37,177 nt of DNA, taken from assembly GCA_012515635.1 (NCBI GenBank), contig JAAYXZ010000004.1, positions 1-37,177 on the forward strand, read 5' to 3'. The notes below the pieces were generated by a model that was not told the DNA's origin, made no database searches, and saw only the letters and a list, made by a program, of their open reading frames with translations. Source of the DNA: Elusimicrobiota bacterium (GTDB lineage: Bacteria; Ratteibacteria; UBA8468; B48-G9; JAFGKM01). A program made the position numbers and the translations under genes. Positions 1 to 8,914 of the stretch are shown here, piece by piece. Numbering within the stretch: position 1 is the first letter of the stretch; every line of letters begins with the position of its first letter.

Positions 1-551
1 CCTTCAGGAGAAGCAACCATCATTTCCAGCCCCAACATATCCGCCATGATAATAAGGGAGTTACAGACATTGTTGCTGTCCCCTATATACAATATCTTCA
101 TACCGTCCAGTGTTCCTCTCTTCTCCCATATGGTGAAATAGTCGGTAAACGCCTGGCAAGGATGTAAAAAATCGGTTAATGCGTTTATCACGGGAAAACA
201 GCTCCACTGCGCATACTCTTCCACCTCCGACTGTTCGTAAGTCCTTATCACCAATCCATCAAGATATCGGGAAAGCACAGATGCCGTATCCTTTATCGTC
301 TCGCCCCTTGATGTCTGTATGGCGTCCCCCGGAAGATAAAGCGCCCTGCCGCCGAGTTCATTTACAGCCAGTTCAAAAGAGACACGAGTGCGGGTTGAGG
401 GTTTATTGAATATAAGTCCTATGGTATGGTTTTGTAAAAGAGAGGCGGGCTCTCTCTTTCTGCGGTCTGCCTTATACTTTTTACTGAGGTCAAAAATTTT
501 GTAGATATCCCTTGCTGTCAGTTCTTTTCCAGTCAGGAGATCTTTTTTCAT
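1..551 (-). CDS. argF: ornithine carbamoyltransferase, N-terminal part (gene runs off the left edge)
   Basis: Absent from the ORF track because there is no in-window stop. My minus-strand translation from ATG 551..549 reads MKKDLLTGKELTARDIYKIF...GLIFNKPSTRTRVSFELAV...INALTDFLHPCQAF.... It carries the STRTR carbamoyl-phosphate motif and the HPCQ motif. The start overlaps the argD stop (ATGA). Confidence 0.88.
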   Translation of the reverse strand, partial: MKKDLLTGKELTARDIYKIFDLSKKYKADRRKREPASLLQNHTIGLIFNKPSTRTRVSFELAVNELGGRALYLPGDAIQTSRGETIKDTASVLSRYLDGLVIRTYEQSEVEEYAQWSCFPVINALTDFLHPCQAFTDYFTIWEKRGTLDGMKILYIGDSNNVCNSLIIMADMLGLEMMVASPE

Positions 552-1750
552 TTTTTGTTCCTCAAACAACCGTCCAAAATCTCTGTTCCTTCGTCTATCT
601 CTTTCTCTGTTATATTAATAGCAGGCATAACTCTGATAACATTTCCATGTGTACAATTTATCAGAAGTCCGTTTTCAGCGCAAGCGTTTACCAACCAATC
701 GCCTGCGCCATCCATCTCCATAGCCAGCATAAGCCCTAACCCTTTAATTTTTGTTATAAAGGCATACCGCTCTTTTAACTGTACAAGTTTTTGATAAAGA
801 TGTTCTCCCGCGGCCTTTACATTGTCCAGCAATTTATCTTTCTCTATGGTGTCTATCACCGCTAAACAACTCACAGAGGCAAGAGGGCCTCCGCCAAATG
901 TGGATGCGTGTGTCCCGGGCACCATAAGGTCTGCAACCCCTGTCTTCGCTATCATCGCACCAACAGGAAATCCTCCGCCTAATGTCTTTGCCAGCGTCAT
1001 AATATCAGGGGTTATATCAAAATTCTGATATCCAAAGAACCTTCCCGTCCTTCCAAAACCTGTCTGAACCTCATCAAATATAAGAAGCATATCTTTTTCA
1101 TCGCATAACCTTCTCACTCTTTCAAGATACGTTTTCTCGGCTACATTGATACCGCCTTCCCCCTGTATCGGTTCTATGATAATACCTGCTGTCTCTTTAT
1201 CAACGGCTGATTCCAACGCTTCAAAATCATTGAACGGAACCGAAGAGAAACCTGCAGGTAACGGTTCAAAGGGCTTGCTGTATTTCGGTTGTCCTGTCAT
1301 TGTAACTGTAGCAAGGGTTCTTCCATGGAAAGAGTTATCCATAGATATTATCTTGTATCTGCCTTTATCTCTCCCGTAGAGCCGCACAAGTTTAATTGCG
1401 CCTTCATTGGCTTCAGCGCCGCTATTACAGAAAAACACCTTGCCGCCGAAAGAGCGCTCCGAAAGTTTTTTCGCAAGGAGCCCCTGCCAAGGGTGATAAT
1501 GGTTATTTGCTATATGGATTAGTTTCTCTGCCTGCTCTTTGATTGCCTTAACTATGGACGGATGGCAATGCCCAAGTCCGGAGACACCCCAACCGGGGAA
1601 AAAATCAAGATATCGTTTTCCGTCTATATCCCACAGATAACTCCCCTGCCCCTTGATAAATACGATACCGCTCCTTGTGTAAGACCCTATTACATAGTCC
1701 TGATAGTTCTGTAATACTTCTTCCTTATCGTTTCTTTTTTTCTCTCCCAT
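548..1750 (-). CDS. argD: acetylornithine aminotransferase (class III PLP aminotransferase)
   Basis: 400-aa ORF with FFCNSGAEANEGAIKL, LIFDEVQTGFGRTGR and THASTFGG motifs. It lies between argB and argF. An AGGAGGA SD sits upstream. Confidence 0.9.
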   Translation of the reverse strand: MGEKKRNDKEEVLQNYQDYVIGSYTRSGIVFIKGQGSYLWDIDGKRYLDFFPGWGVSGLGHCHPSIVKAIKEQAEKLIHIANNHYHPWQGLLAKKLSERSFGGKVFFCNSGAEANEGAIKLVRLYGRDKGRYKIISMDNSFHGRTLATVTMTGQPKYSKPFEPLPAGFSSVPFNDFEALESAVDKETAGIIIEPIQGEGGINVAEKTYLERVRRLCDEKDMLLIFDEVQTGFGRTGRFFGYQNFDITPDIMTLAKTLGGGFPVGAMIAKTGVADLMVPGTHASTFGGGPLASVSCLAVIDTIEKDKLLDNVKAAGEHLYQKLVQLKERYAFITKIKGLGLMLAMEMDGAGDWLVNACAENGLLINCTHGNVIRVMPAINITEKEIDEGTEILDGCLRNKK

Positions 1751-1838
1751 TCCCTATTCATCCTCCTGACCGCTCTTCAATTAAAGTGGTCTTTTTCACT
1801 CTATGCGGTTATGCTTAACAACACTATTAACGGCGCAT

Positions 1839-2705
1839 CTACAAACGTATCTCTGTCCCTATTCCGGGCTCTGTAAAAATCTCCAAAATAATGGAGTTAG
1901 AGATACTGCCGCTTATTATATGAATCTTTTTCACTCCTTTTTTGATAGCAGAGATACCTGCTTTCACTTTAGGAAGCATCCCGCCTTTAATAATATTTTG
2001 CGTGATAAGTTCCTCAGATTCTTCCACAGTTAATACAGATATCAGTGTCTCCAGATTTTGAGGGTTTCTCATAACTCCCGCTACATCTGTCAGGAACATC
2101 AGTTTTTCCGCTTTCAACGCCTCTGCGATAGATGCCGAAATAGAGTCGCCGTTGACGTTATACAGTCCGTCATCTCCTAACACCAAAGGCGCTGTCACCA
2201 AAACCCTGCTTGTTTCAAGTTTTGTTAATATCTGTTCCTCATTAACATCTGTAACCTGCCCTACAAAACCAAGGTCTATAACCTCGTCTCCCTTTTGGTA
2301 GTGAACTTTTTTCGCTCTCATATAATTGTTTTCAGGGGAGAGTATATCCGCATTGACATTCAGTTGCTCGTTCAACTGTTTTACTATGCTGTCCCTCACA
2401 GCAAAAAGCACCTTCTTGACTATCTGAAGTGTCTCCTCATCCGTAACCCTTAACCCGTCTATAAATACAGGTTTTTTGCCTTGGTTTTCTATCTCTTCTG
2501 TTATAAAAGGACCTCCGCCGCAAACAACTATCACCTTTATACCGACAACCTCAAGAAAGGCGATGTTTTTAATTATGTTGTCTACTACATTCGGTATCTG
2601 CAAAATACTGCCTCCAACCTTTATAACAAATACCTTATCCTTATATTTTTTGATATACGGATATGCCTCTACTAAAACCTCTGCTTTTTTTATTACATCT
2701 TCCAC
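1839..2705 (-). CDS. argB: acetylglutamate kinase
   Basis: 288-aa ORF with VIKVGGS and VVCGGGP amino-acid-kinase motifs. GTG start preceded by AAAGGAG. Sits in an arginine-biosynthesis cluster. Confidence 0.9.
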   Translation of the reverse strand: MEDVIKKAEVLVEAYPYIKKYKDKVFVIKVGGSILQIPNVVDNIIKNIAFLEVVGIKVIVVCGGGPFITEEIENQGKKPVFIDGLRVTDEETLQIVKKVLFAVRDSIVKQLNEQLNVNADILSPENNYMRAKKVHYQKGDEVIDLGFVGQVTDVNEEQILTKLETSRVLVTAPLVLGDDGLYNVNGDSISASIAEALKAEKLMFLTDVAGVMRNPQNLETLISVLTVEESEELITQNIIKGGMLPKVKAGISAIKKGVKKIHIISGSISNSIILEIFTEPGIGTEIRL

Positions 2706-2873
2706 TTTACCGCTCCTTTCTACAATAAAACATCTATTTATGTTATCATTTTTTTGCTTTTTAGGGAAGAGATTTATCCCGTAAGGTCTGATACATCCGC
2801 ACCGCGCTATCAGAGAGAGGCAGGCAAGAAAGACTCCTGATAGTTCAAAATCTTATAGCGTGTTCTCCGTTTT

Positions 2874-3263
2874 TTATTCTATCCTTTCAGAATATGTTGC
2901 TGACTTTTGCTCGTTCTCCCACACAGTTACACACTTTACTTTTACAGGATATTTTTTTAATGCGCTCTGCATTTTCTTATATATATATAGGCAAATATTC
3001 TCAGATGTAGGATTTGCTTCTCTGAAAAACAACAGTGTATTTAAGTCGCGGTGGTCTAAAACACTTATAACTTTTTTGAGATGTTCCTTCAAGATAGTGA
3101 AATCTATAAGAAGCCCTTCACTGTCAAGTTCTGCTCCCCACACAACAATCTCCACCTTCCAGTTGTGTCCGTGAACCCTCTCGCATTTACCTTTATAGTT
3201 TTTTAAATGGTGGGCGGAAGAGAAGGAGCCCTGCACCTGAACTTCATATATTCCCTTGTTCAT
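2874..3263 (-). CDS. queD: 6-carboxy-5,6,7,8-tetrahydropterin synthase (PTPS family)
   Basis: 129-aa ORF with the CERVHGHNWKVEI (C-x3-HGH) motif typical of QueD/PTPS. ATGA overlap with the upstream amidase stop. Confidence 0.82.
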   Translation of the reverse strand: MNKGIYEVQVQGSFSSAHHLKNYKGKCERVHGHNWKVEIVVWGAELDSEGLLIDFTILKEHLKKVISVLDHRDLNTLLFFREANPTSENICLYIYKKMQSALKKYPVKVKCVTVWENEQKSATYSERIE

Positions 3264-4372
3264 AAGACATCTCTAAATTTAAGATAATCTAACACCCCGT
3301 TAGCCAACGCCTCTGCTATCGCCTGCCTCACCTCAATATCTCTTAAATTACACTCCATATTAGGATTGCACAAAAAACCTATTTCAGTTAAAACAGCAGG
3401 CATCGGGGTATATTTCAGAACATAAAAACTCCTTTTTTTGGTTCCTCTGTCAGGGGTTAATAACCTCTCTGCAAGACGCTCCTGAACAAAATCGGCAAGT
3501 ATTCTGCTCTCATCCACAGCGCTTGAGGTATTTAACTCTTCAAGCATTCTGGATACCGTGGAGGTCTCTTCGTCCTCTGTGTCCGCTTCTTCCGAATATG
3601 AGACAGCAGGAAGATATACTGCCTCTTCCTTAACTACTGAGTAATATGTTTCAAAACCGTCTGCGTCGGGTCTTCTGTCGCGGGAAGAGTTGGTATGCAC
3701 GCTGAAAAATACATCCGCTTGTATATCCTGCGCCATCTGAACCCGTTCCACCAAAGAGACAGCCACATCCTTCTCTCTTGTCATATAGATTTTCACACCT
3801 GAGTTGTGTCGTGACTCCTTCTTAAGATAGTCCCTTATTCTTCTCGCAATATCAAGGTTCACTTCTTTTTCTCTGAGTCCGTAATGACCAATCGCACCGG
3901 CATCGTTACCCCCATGCCCAGGGTCTATAAGTATAGTAAAGTTTTGGGGTTTAGCGCTTTTAACCGGTTTATTTTCCTTAAAAAACGGCTCTTGTGATAC
4001 ATGAGACGCAGGCGTGATACCAGAGAGGATGTCGTTAAAATTATCTACAGGTATAAATATCTCACCTTCCACCTCTTTCACTGGAACATCCAGCATAAAA
4101 ACCTGCTGTCCAATCATTACAGAGGTACTATTAACCTTAAACTTAATCTCTGTGCCTTGGTATCCTATAAAGACCCTGTCTTCAACATTGCCCCATGAAT
4201 CCTCAGCGCCGATAATTCTAAGTAACCCCTTGAGCGATATATACGCGGTATTCTCTATCAGGTAGGAGGGCAACTTTCTCTCCTTCATCTCTTCGCGTAT
4301 GTTTAAGGCAGATAAATAAAGCGGAAAGAGTAACGTCAACAAGAGAAAAGACCTAATTATTTTTTTTTTCAT
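3260..4372 (-). CDS. N-acetylmuramoyl-L-alanine amidase (Amidase_3) with signal peptide and N-terminal beta-rich targeting domain
   Basis: 370-aa ORF. N-terminal hydrophobic signal (LLLTLLFPLYLSA). ILIDPGHGGNDAGAIG and FFSVHTNS motifs of the zinc amidase_3 family. Confidence 0.85.
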   Translation of the reverse strand: MKKKIIRSFLLLTLLFPLYLSALNIREEMKERKLPSYLIENTAYISLKGLLRIIGAEDSWGNVEDRVFIGYQGTEIKFKVNSTSVMIGQQVFMLDVPVKEVEGEIFIPVDNFNDILSGITPASHVSQEPFFKENKPVKSAKPQNFTILIDPGHGGNDAGAIGHYGLREKEVNLDIARRIRDYLKKESRHNSGVKIYMTREKDVAVSLVERVQMAQDIQADVFFSVHTNSSRDRRPDADGFETYYSVVKEEAVYLPAVSYSEEADTEDEETSTVSRMLEELNTSSAVDESRILADFVQERLAERLLTPDRGTKKRSFYVLKYTPMPAVLTEIGFLCNPNMECNLRDIEVRQAIAEALANGVLDYLKFRDVL

Positions 4373-4507
4373 TTTCTTATATTCTGTCTCAAATAGTTTT
4401 ATAAAATCGTTTTAACAGATCCGGTTTAGTTAATCACAACCCTGTTTTTTTACTATTTACAGAGGGGCTGGTTTTCAGACATCTTTAACCAAGACCTTTA
4501 GTATGCT

Positions 4508-4867
4508 TGGTGGAGGCGGCGGGTACTGCCCCCGCGTCCAGAAAGGGCATCAATAAGGATTCTACCTGTATAGTCAGGAATTTTGTCCTTTGGAAAGCAT
4601 CTGCCTCCTGACACCATCTGCTCTCCGCAACCTTTTTATTGATTCCCTTCGGGGAAAAAGGTTAACCCCCGCAGAGAATTCCCTGTTTGCCGACCCGTTC
4701 CACAAAGAGCAGGGAACTCTTTTACGGACGGGTGACTGCATTATTTATGCAGCCAGAGCGTTTGCCGTATTGGCAGTTATTTGTTGCCGCGTTTTTAAGG
4801 AGTTCACGACGAACTCCACAGGCTACCTTATCCCTGCTTCCTTCCTGTCGAGACCTATATCGCCCCC
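4508..4867 (-). ncRNA. ssrA: tmRNA (SsrA), one-piece; tag reading frame 4745..4774 encodes ANTANALAA
   Basis: Minus strand starts 5' GGGGGCGAUAUAGGUCUCGACAGG and ends 3' GGACGCGGGGGCAGUACCCGCCGCCUCCACCA. The 7-bp acceptor stem has G3:U. The internal frame is GCC AAU ACG GCA AAC GCU CUG GCU GCA UAA, preceded by ACAAAUAACU (compare E. coli AAAAAUAGUC before its resume codon). smpB lies directly upstream on the same strand (62 nt gap). Confidence 0.85.
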
Positions 4868-4929
4868 ATTTGCCAAAAATATGAGCCTTTTCTGCTCACA
4901 TAAAATATACCTTAAAAACTCAACTACTG

Positions 4930-5367
4930 TCAACCCTGTTTCATTCTTCTCTCAATATCGCGCCGAACATCCCTCTCCTTTATCTTCTCCCTCTTATCAT
5001 ACAGTTTTTTACCTTTCGCCAACGCAATTTCAATCTTTAACAGCCCATTTTTATTGAAATATGCCGCCAAAGGGATAAGTGTCAGCCCCTTCTCCTCCAA
5101 TTTCCTGTTCAGCCGCTTTATCTCTGCCCTCCCAAGCAACAACTTTTTCTTTCTCATAGGGGCGGGCTTCTCTAAAGACGCAGGATACGGTGTTATATAG
5201 AAGTTATAGATGAAACACTCCCCTTCTTCAATACGCGCAAACGCTTCTTTTATACGACCTTTCCCTTCCCTTAACGATTTTACTTCCGACCCTTTCAATA
5301 TAATCCCGGCCTCTAACTTCTCCAATATTTCATAGTTGAAAAACGCCTTTTTGTTCTCAAATCGCAT
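4930..5367 (-). CDS. smpB: SsrA-binding protein
   Basis: MRFENKKAFFNYEILEKLEAGIILKGSEVKSLR... is a typical SmpB N-terminus. I place the start at the internal ATG 5367, since the 19 upstream codons of the track ORF look non-coding. TTGACA-17-TAACAT and AAGGA lie upstream. Confidence 0.9.
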   Translation of the reverse strand: MRFENKKAFFNYEILEKLEAGIILKGSEVKSLREGKGRIKEAFARIEEGECFIYNFYITPYPASLEKPAPMRKKKLLLGRAEIKRLNRKLEEKGLTLIPLAAYFNKNGLLKIEIALAKGKKLYDKREKIKERDVRRDIERRMKQG

Positions 5368-5437
5368 ATAATATCCTTGTGGTATTTTTAGTATTATGTT
5401 ATAGTTTTGGTAATATATTGTCAATGGGAGAGCTTGA

Positions 5438-6838
5438 TTGAAAGTTAAATTTTTAGGCGGGACACAAAATGTAACAGGCTCAAAGTTTCTGCTTGAAATA
5501 TCCGGCAGACGGCTTATGATTGACTGCGGATTATTTCAGGAAAGAGAGTTTAAGGACCGCAACTGGAAGCCCTTTCCTATTAATCCTTCATCAATAGATG
5601 CTATCATACTTACCCATGCGCATATAGACCATTGCGGATATCTGCCCAAAATAGTCAGTGATGGCTTCAAAGGAGATATCTTCTGCACCGAACCTACCGC
5701 AGAAATTGTTAAAATAGCGTTGCTTGATGCAGGAAAACTACAGGAAGAGGATGCCTCAAAGAAAAGAGCGCGGCACCTCGCTGAAGGGAGAACGCCGCCC
5801 TATCCTGTTATCCCTTTATATACTGCCGAGGATGCGAAATCCGTATCTCCTTTATTCAAAACATATCCCTATGAACAGCCGTTTGAACCCTTTGATGATG
5901 TCTCCGTATCCTTTCATGATGCAGGCCATATTCTGGGGTCTGCAATGATAAAAATCAAGGTAGGAAAGGAGAACGCAAAAACGCTTATCTTTTCCGGAGA
6001 CATAGGAAGATGGGACAAAGCCATTCTGAAAGACCCGTCTATATTCCAAGAAGCGGATATTGTCTTTGTGGAGTCCACATACGGAAACAAAAACCACGAT
6101 GGAGGATCAGAAGCGGCGGGAGAAGAACTTGCAAACATTATAAATCAAACAGTGCAGAGAAACGGGAATATAATCATCCCGACATTCGCTATAGAACGCG
6201 CACAGGAACTTATTTATTTCTTGAGCAAATTTCTTAAGGACAATGTTATTCCGCATATCCTCGTATTTGTTGACAGTCCTATGGCGATAGATGTTACAGA
6301 AATATTTAACAAATATCCTGAATATCTTGATACCAAGCCGGAGGAACTGATTAAAAAAGGCGCTTCCCCATTTGATTTTCCCCTTTTAAAACTCACGCGC
6401 TCTGTGGATGAATCTAAAAGCATCAACCATATAACCGGCTCTATAGCCGTTATGGCTGGCTCAGGCATGTGCACAGGGGGAAGAATCAAGCACCATCTTA
6501 TAACAAATATATCCCGAGAAGAATCTACAGTGGTCTTTGTGGGATATCAGGCAAAAGGAACTCTTGGGAGACACATACTCAGCAAACCGGAAAGAGTAAG
6601 AATTTTAGGAAGGGAATATCCTGTAAAAGCAGAGATTAGAAATATCAACGGGTTCTCTGCCCATGCAGACAAGTCAGAACTTTTACGATGGCTAAGCGGT
6701 TTCATAACACCGCCTAAAAAAATCTTTGTGATACACGGAGAAGAGGAAGTATCGCAAGAATTTGCTGAAGTTCTCAGGCAAAAAATGCCCGGAAGCGAAA
6801 TAATTATTCCAGAATACCTATCAGAACACAATATTTGA
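5438..6838 (+). CDS. beta-CASP / metallo-beta-lactamase-fold ribonuclease (CPSF73-like, COG1236-type)
   Basis: 466-aa ORF with the HAHIDHCGYLP (HxHxDH) motif and later SGDIG, ESTYG and FSAHAD motifs in beta-CASP order. TTG start preceded by GGGAGAG. Confidence 0.8.
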   Translation: MKVKFLGGTQNVTGSKFLLEISGRRLMIDCGLFQEREFKDRNWKPFPINPSSIDAIILTHAHIDHCGYLPKIVSDGFKGDIFCTEPTAEIVKIALLDAGKLQEEDASKKRARHLAEGRTPPYPVIPLYTAEDAKSVSPLFKTYPYEQPFEPFDDVSVSFHDAGHILGSAMIKIKVGKENAKTLIFSGDIGRWDKAILKDPSIFQEADIVFVESTYGNKNHDGGSEAAGEELANIINQTVQRNGNIIIPTFAIERAQELIYFLSKFLKDNVIPHILVFVDSPMAIDVTEIFNKYPEYLDTKPEELIKKGASPFDFPLLKLTRSVDESKSINHITGSIAVMAGSGMCTGGRIKHHLITNISREESTVVFVGYQAKGTLGRHILSKPERVRILGREYPVKAEIRNINGFSAHADKSELLRWLSGFITPPKKIFVIHGEEEVSQEFAEVLRQKMPGSEIIIPEYLSEHNI

Positions 6839-6866
6839 TAAGAATATCCCCGCCCTATGCTAACCC

Positions 6867-8867
6867 TTAAAATACTATCTGGAAAACTGTTTTAGCAATC
6901 AGGGCTACTGCTATTGAGACCATACCTATCAAGCCCATTCCGCAGGAATATCCTGCAAGTATTATCGGGGTATATCTATTCCAGTTAGGTCCCACTTTTT
7001 TAGCGAAATAAAACCTGCCGAGGAGTGCTCCGATAAACATAGGCAATGCCATATGCGGCAACATAGCAACTCCTCCTATTATCCCGTAAAACAAACCGAT
7101 AGGCGCCTTTAAAAGCAGAAGCAACGAATACAGAGCAACTCCAACAATAGAGGAATTTAAGATATACTTGAATTTTATCGCCTCTATCATCCAACTTCTC
7201 CCTCCATCTAAAGTGCTTGTCGCCCATAACGCCTGAAACATGGCATCCATAGGCCACATCTTCTGAGCGTAAGGATAGGTTGAAGAAGGAATCGGAGACA
7301 TCTTCCATATAATAGACCAAAAAAGAAAACTGCAGAACAACATAATAACCAATGATGTGAACTCCGCTTTATACCAGGAAGAAAACTTTGTTCTTGTCAG
7401 TTCAAGTTGCTTAAACTCCTGGGCTGTCACTCCGTGGTCAAAATACGGGACAGGGGCAAACCATATATCTACTCCTTTATGCCCGCTCAATATAAATGTT
7501 CCTTCCCTAACCATAGGGAAAGATATGCCTCCGGCAACACCTGTGATACCGAACATTCTTGCTGATGTATATGTAAGAAACGGAGTAAGAATAAAACCAA
7601 AAAACACAAACAACACTGTCGGGAAAGAAGGAACAAGAATTTTGCATATCACTATATAAATAATGGTTGAAAGCATCCATATCCCCATAGCGATATATAT
7701 CGGATAATCGCCCCTGCCTTCAGGAAGCTTCTCTTCAATGCGCGCCGGCTGCCCTATCACAACATCTTTCTTCTTTCTTCTGAAGGCCTTAAACATTATC
7801 ACTATACCGATAATAGCGACAATAGCGCCACCCGCTATAGTAGCATTAATCCAAAAATCAAGGTTTGTCGCTACATTAGCCGGTATAACGGTCATACCCG
7901 GCTGCCAGTTTTTTATAATCCCTGCCTTGTAAAGAATAGGGTTGCCGATTGTCCTTGTAAGCACCGCCCCTATAAAAGAACCTGTCACTACCCAGAAAGC
8001 GAGAACAAATCCTGTCAATAATATACCTAACTCTGTCATAAAACCCAACATTGAGGAAGGAAGAATATCTCCCATCTTTGAAGTAAAGTCCACCCATGGT
8101 ATCGGCAAAACCTGAAACGGCTTTGTCATCAACAACCCCGTAACCGTCGGTATTACCACATAAAAAGCCCCGAAAATCACTCCTATCATTGCCGATATAC
8201 TGAACACCCTCCATCTCCAGGTCTCCTGTTTGCCGCTTACTTCTGCAAGAGCGACAGCGCCCTCTGCCGCAACAGAGGCGAGAGGGAAAGGCAGTTTTTC
8301 CTTATCGCTGGTTATCCGAAACATCGTATATCCAAGTGTGAATTTGTTTATTTTGAAAAGGACGTTATGAATTATAAGCAACAGTATTGGTATCAACCAT
8401 ACGCGGCTAAGAAAGGTTCTCTTCAAAAGCGCTTCAGAGTTTGCGGGAGGCATCGCCCATAAAGGCATATGTTCGTGGAGTTTGAATGACTGCGCATAAG
8501 GGGACTGAACAAGATACTGTCTCCAAATCAAATCACTAAATGCCCCGCCCTGCAATGTAAGACCTGCCGTTCCAAAGATAAGCCCTGCGCTTACCAGAGA
8601 TGCGGCAAGCATATATATGATGTAAACCTCCTGCTTCTTCAACTCAATAAAAGACCTTTTTGCTATCTCAACAAGCAGTATCACCGTAACCCATTGGGCG
8701 GCTCCCGCTATGCCGCCGCCTGTCATAAGCCCCAAATATATGGCGCCGGGAAGCATAATAAAACCGATAAAGAGAGCTGCTATTATTGTCCTAACATTAA
8801 ACCCTTCCTGAAACGGCTCCATCCTTCCCGGCTCAAAATGCATCTCCGCTCTTTTTTCTTCCGTCAT
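6867..8867 (-). CDS. 666-aa polytopic membrane protein, OPT-superfamily-like (putative peptide/solute transporter); last gene of the 13990->6867 operon
   Basis: Hydrophobic segments run through the whole length. The N-terminal NVRTIIAALFIGFIMLPGAIYLGLMTGG and the KLPFPLASVAAEGAVALAE segment resemble OPT-family motifs (xLTxRAxxxG...YxGL and LxFPSGTATAE). AAGGAAG SD lies 5 nt upstream. The function call is weak. Confidence 0.5.
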   Translation of the reverse strand: MTEEKRAEMHFEPGRMEPFQEGFNVRTIIAALFIGFIMLPGAIYLGLMTGGGIAGAAQWVTVILLVEIAKRSFIELKKQEVYIIYMLAASLVSAGLIFGTAGLTLQGGAFSDLIWRQYLVQSPYAQSFKLHEHMPLWAMPPANSEALLKRTFLSRVWLIPILLLIIHNVLFKINKFTLGYTMFRITSDKEKLPFPLASVAAEGAVALAEVSGKQETWRWRVFSISAMIGVIFGAFYVVIPTVTGLLMTKPFQVLPIPWVDFTSKMGDILPSSMLGFMTELGILLTGFVLAFWVVTGSFIGAVLTRTIGNPILYKAGIIKNWQPGMTVIPANVATNLDFWINATIAGGAIVAIIGIVIMFKAFRRKKKDVVIGQPARIEEKLPEGRGDYPIYIAMGIWMLSTIIYIVICKILVPSFPTVLFVFFGFILTPFLTYTSARMFGITGVAGGISFPMVREGTFILSGHKGVDIWFAPVPYFDHGVTAQEFKQLELTRTKFSSWYKAEFTSLVIMLFCSFLFWSIIWKMSPIPSSTYPYAQKMWPMDAMFQALWATSTLDGGRSWMIEAIKFKYILNSSIVGVALYSLLLLLKAPIGLFYGIIGGVAMLPHMALPMFIGALLGRFYFAKKVGPNWNRYTPIILAGYSCGMGLIGMVSIAVALIAKTVFQIVF

Positions 8868-8914
8868 TGTTCTTCCTTTGTAAATATTGTTTCGTTGCTC
8901 TCTGCTTGCTTATC

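Noticed and set aside
2706-2873. Possible riboswitch, ARG box or terminator between queD and argB. Candidates are the imperfect hairpin CTATCAGGAG...CTCTCTGATAG and the AACAT-N6-ATGTT inverted repeat near the argB start.
   Set aside because: The hairpin lacks a T-tract. I found no match to the ArgR box consensus (TGAAT-N4-ATTCA) and no recognisable riboswitch core (preQ1 would have to lie upstream of queD, which is overlapped by the amidase gene). A short 5-bp inverted repeat is not significant on its own.
4930-5424. N-terminal extensions in the ORF track for smpB (19 aa), gyrB (38 aa, 29768..29881), the TPR lipoprotein (52 aa, 13815..13970), lgt (17 aa), pal (18 aa) and the dksA-like gene (7 aa).
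   Set aside because: In each case an internal start matches the conserved family N-terminus or a signal peptide, and is preceded by an SD or a promoter. The extensions cover promoter-like or non-protein-like sequence.
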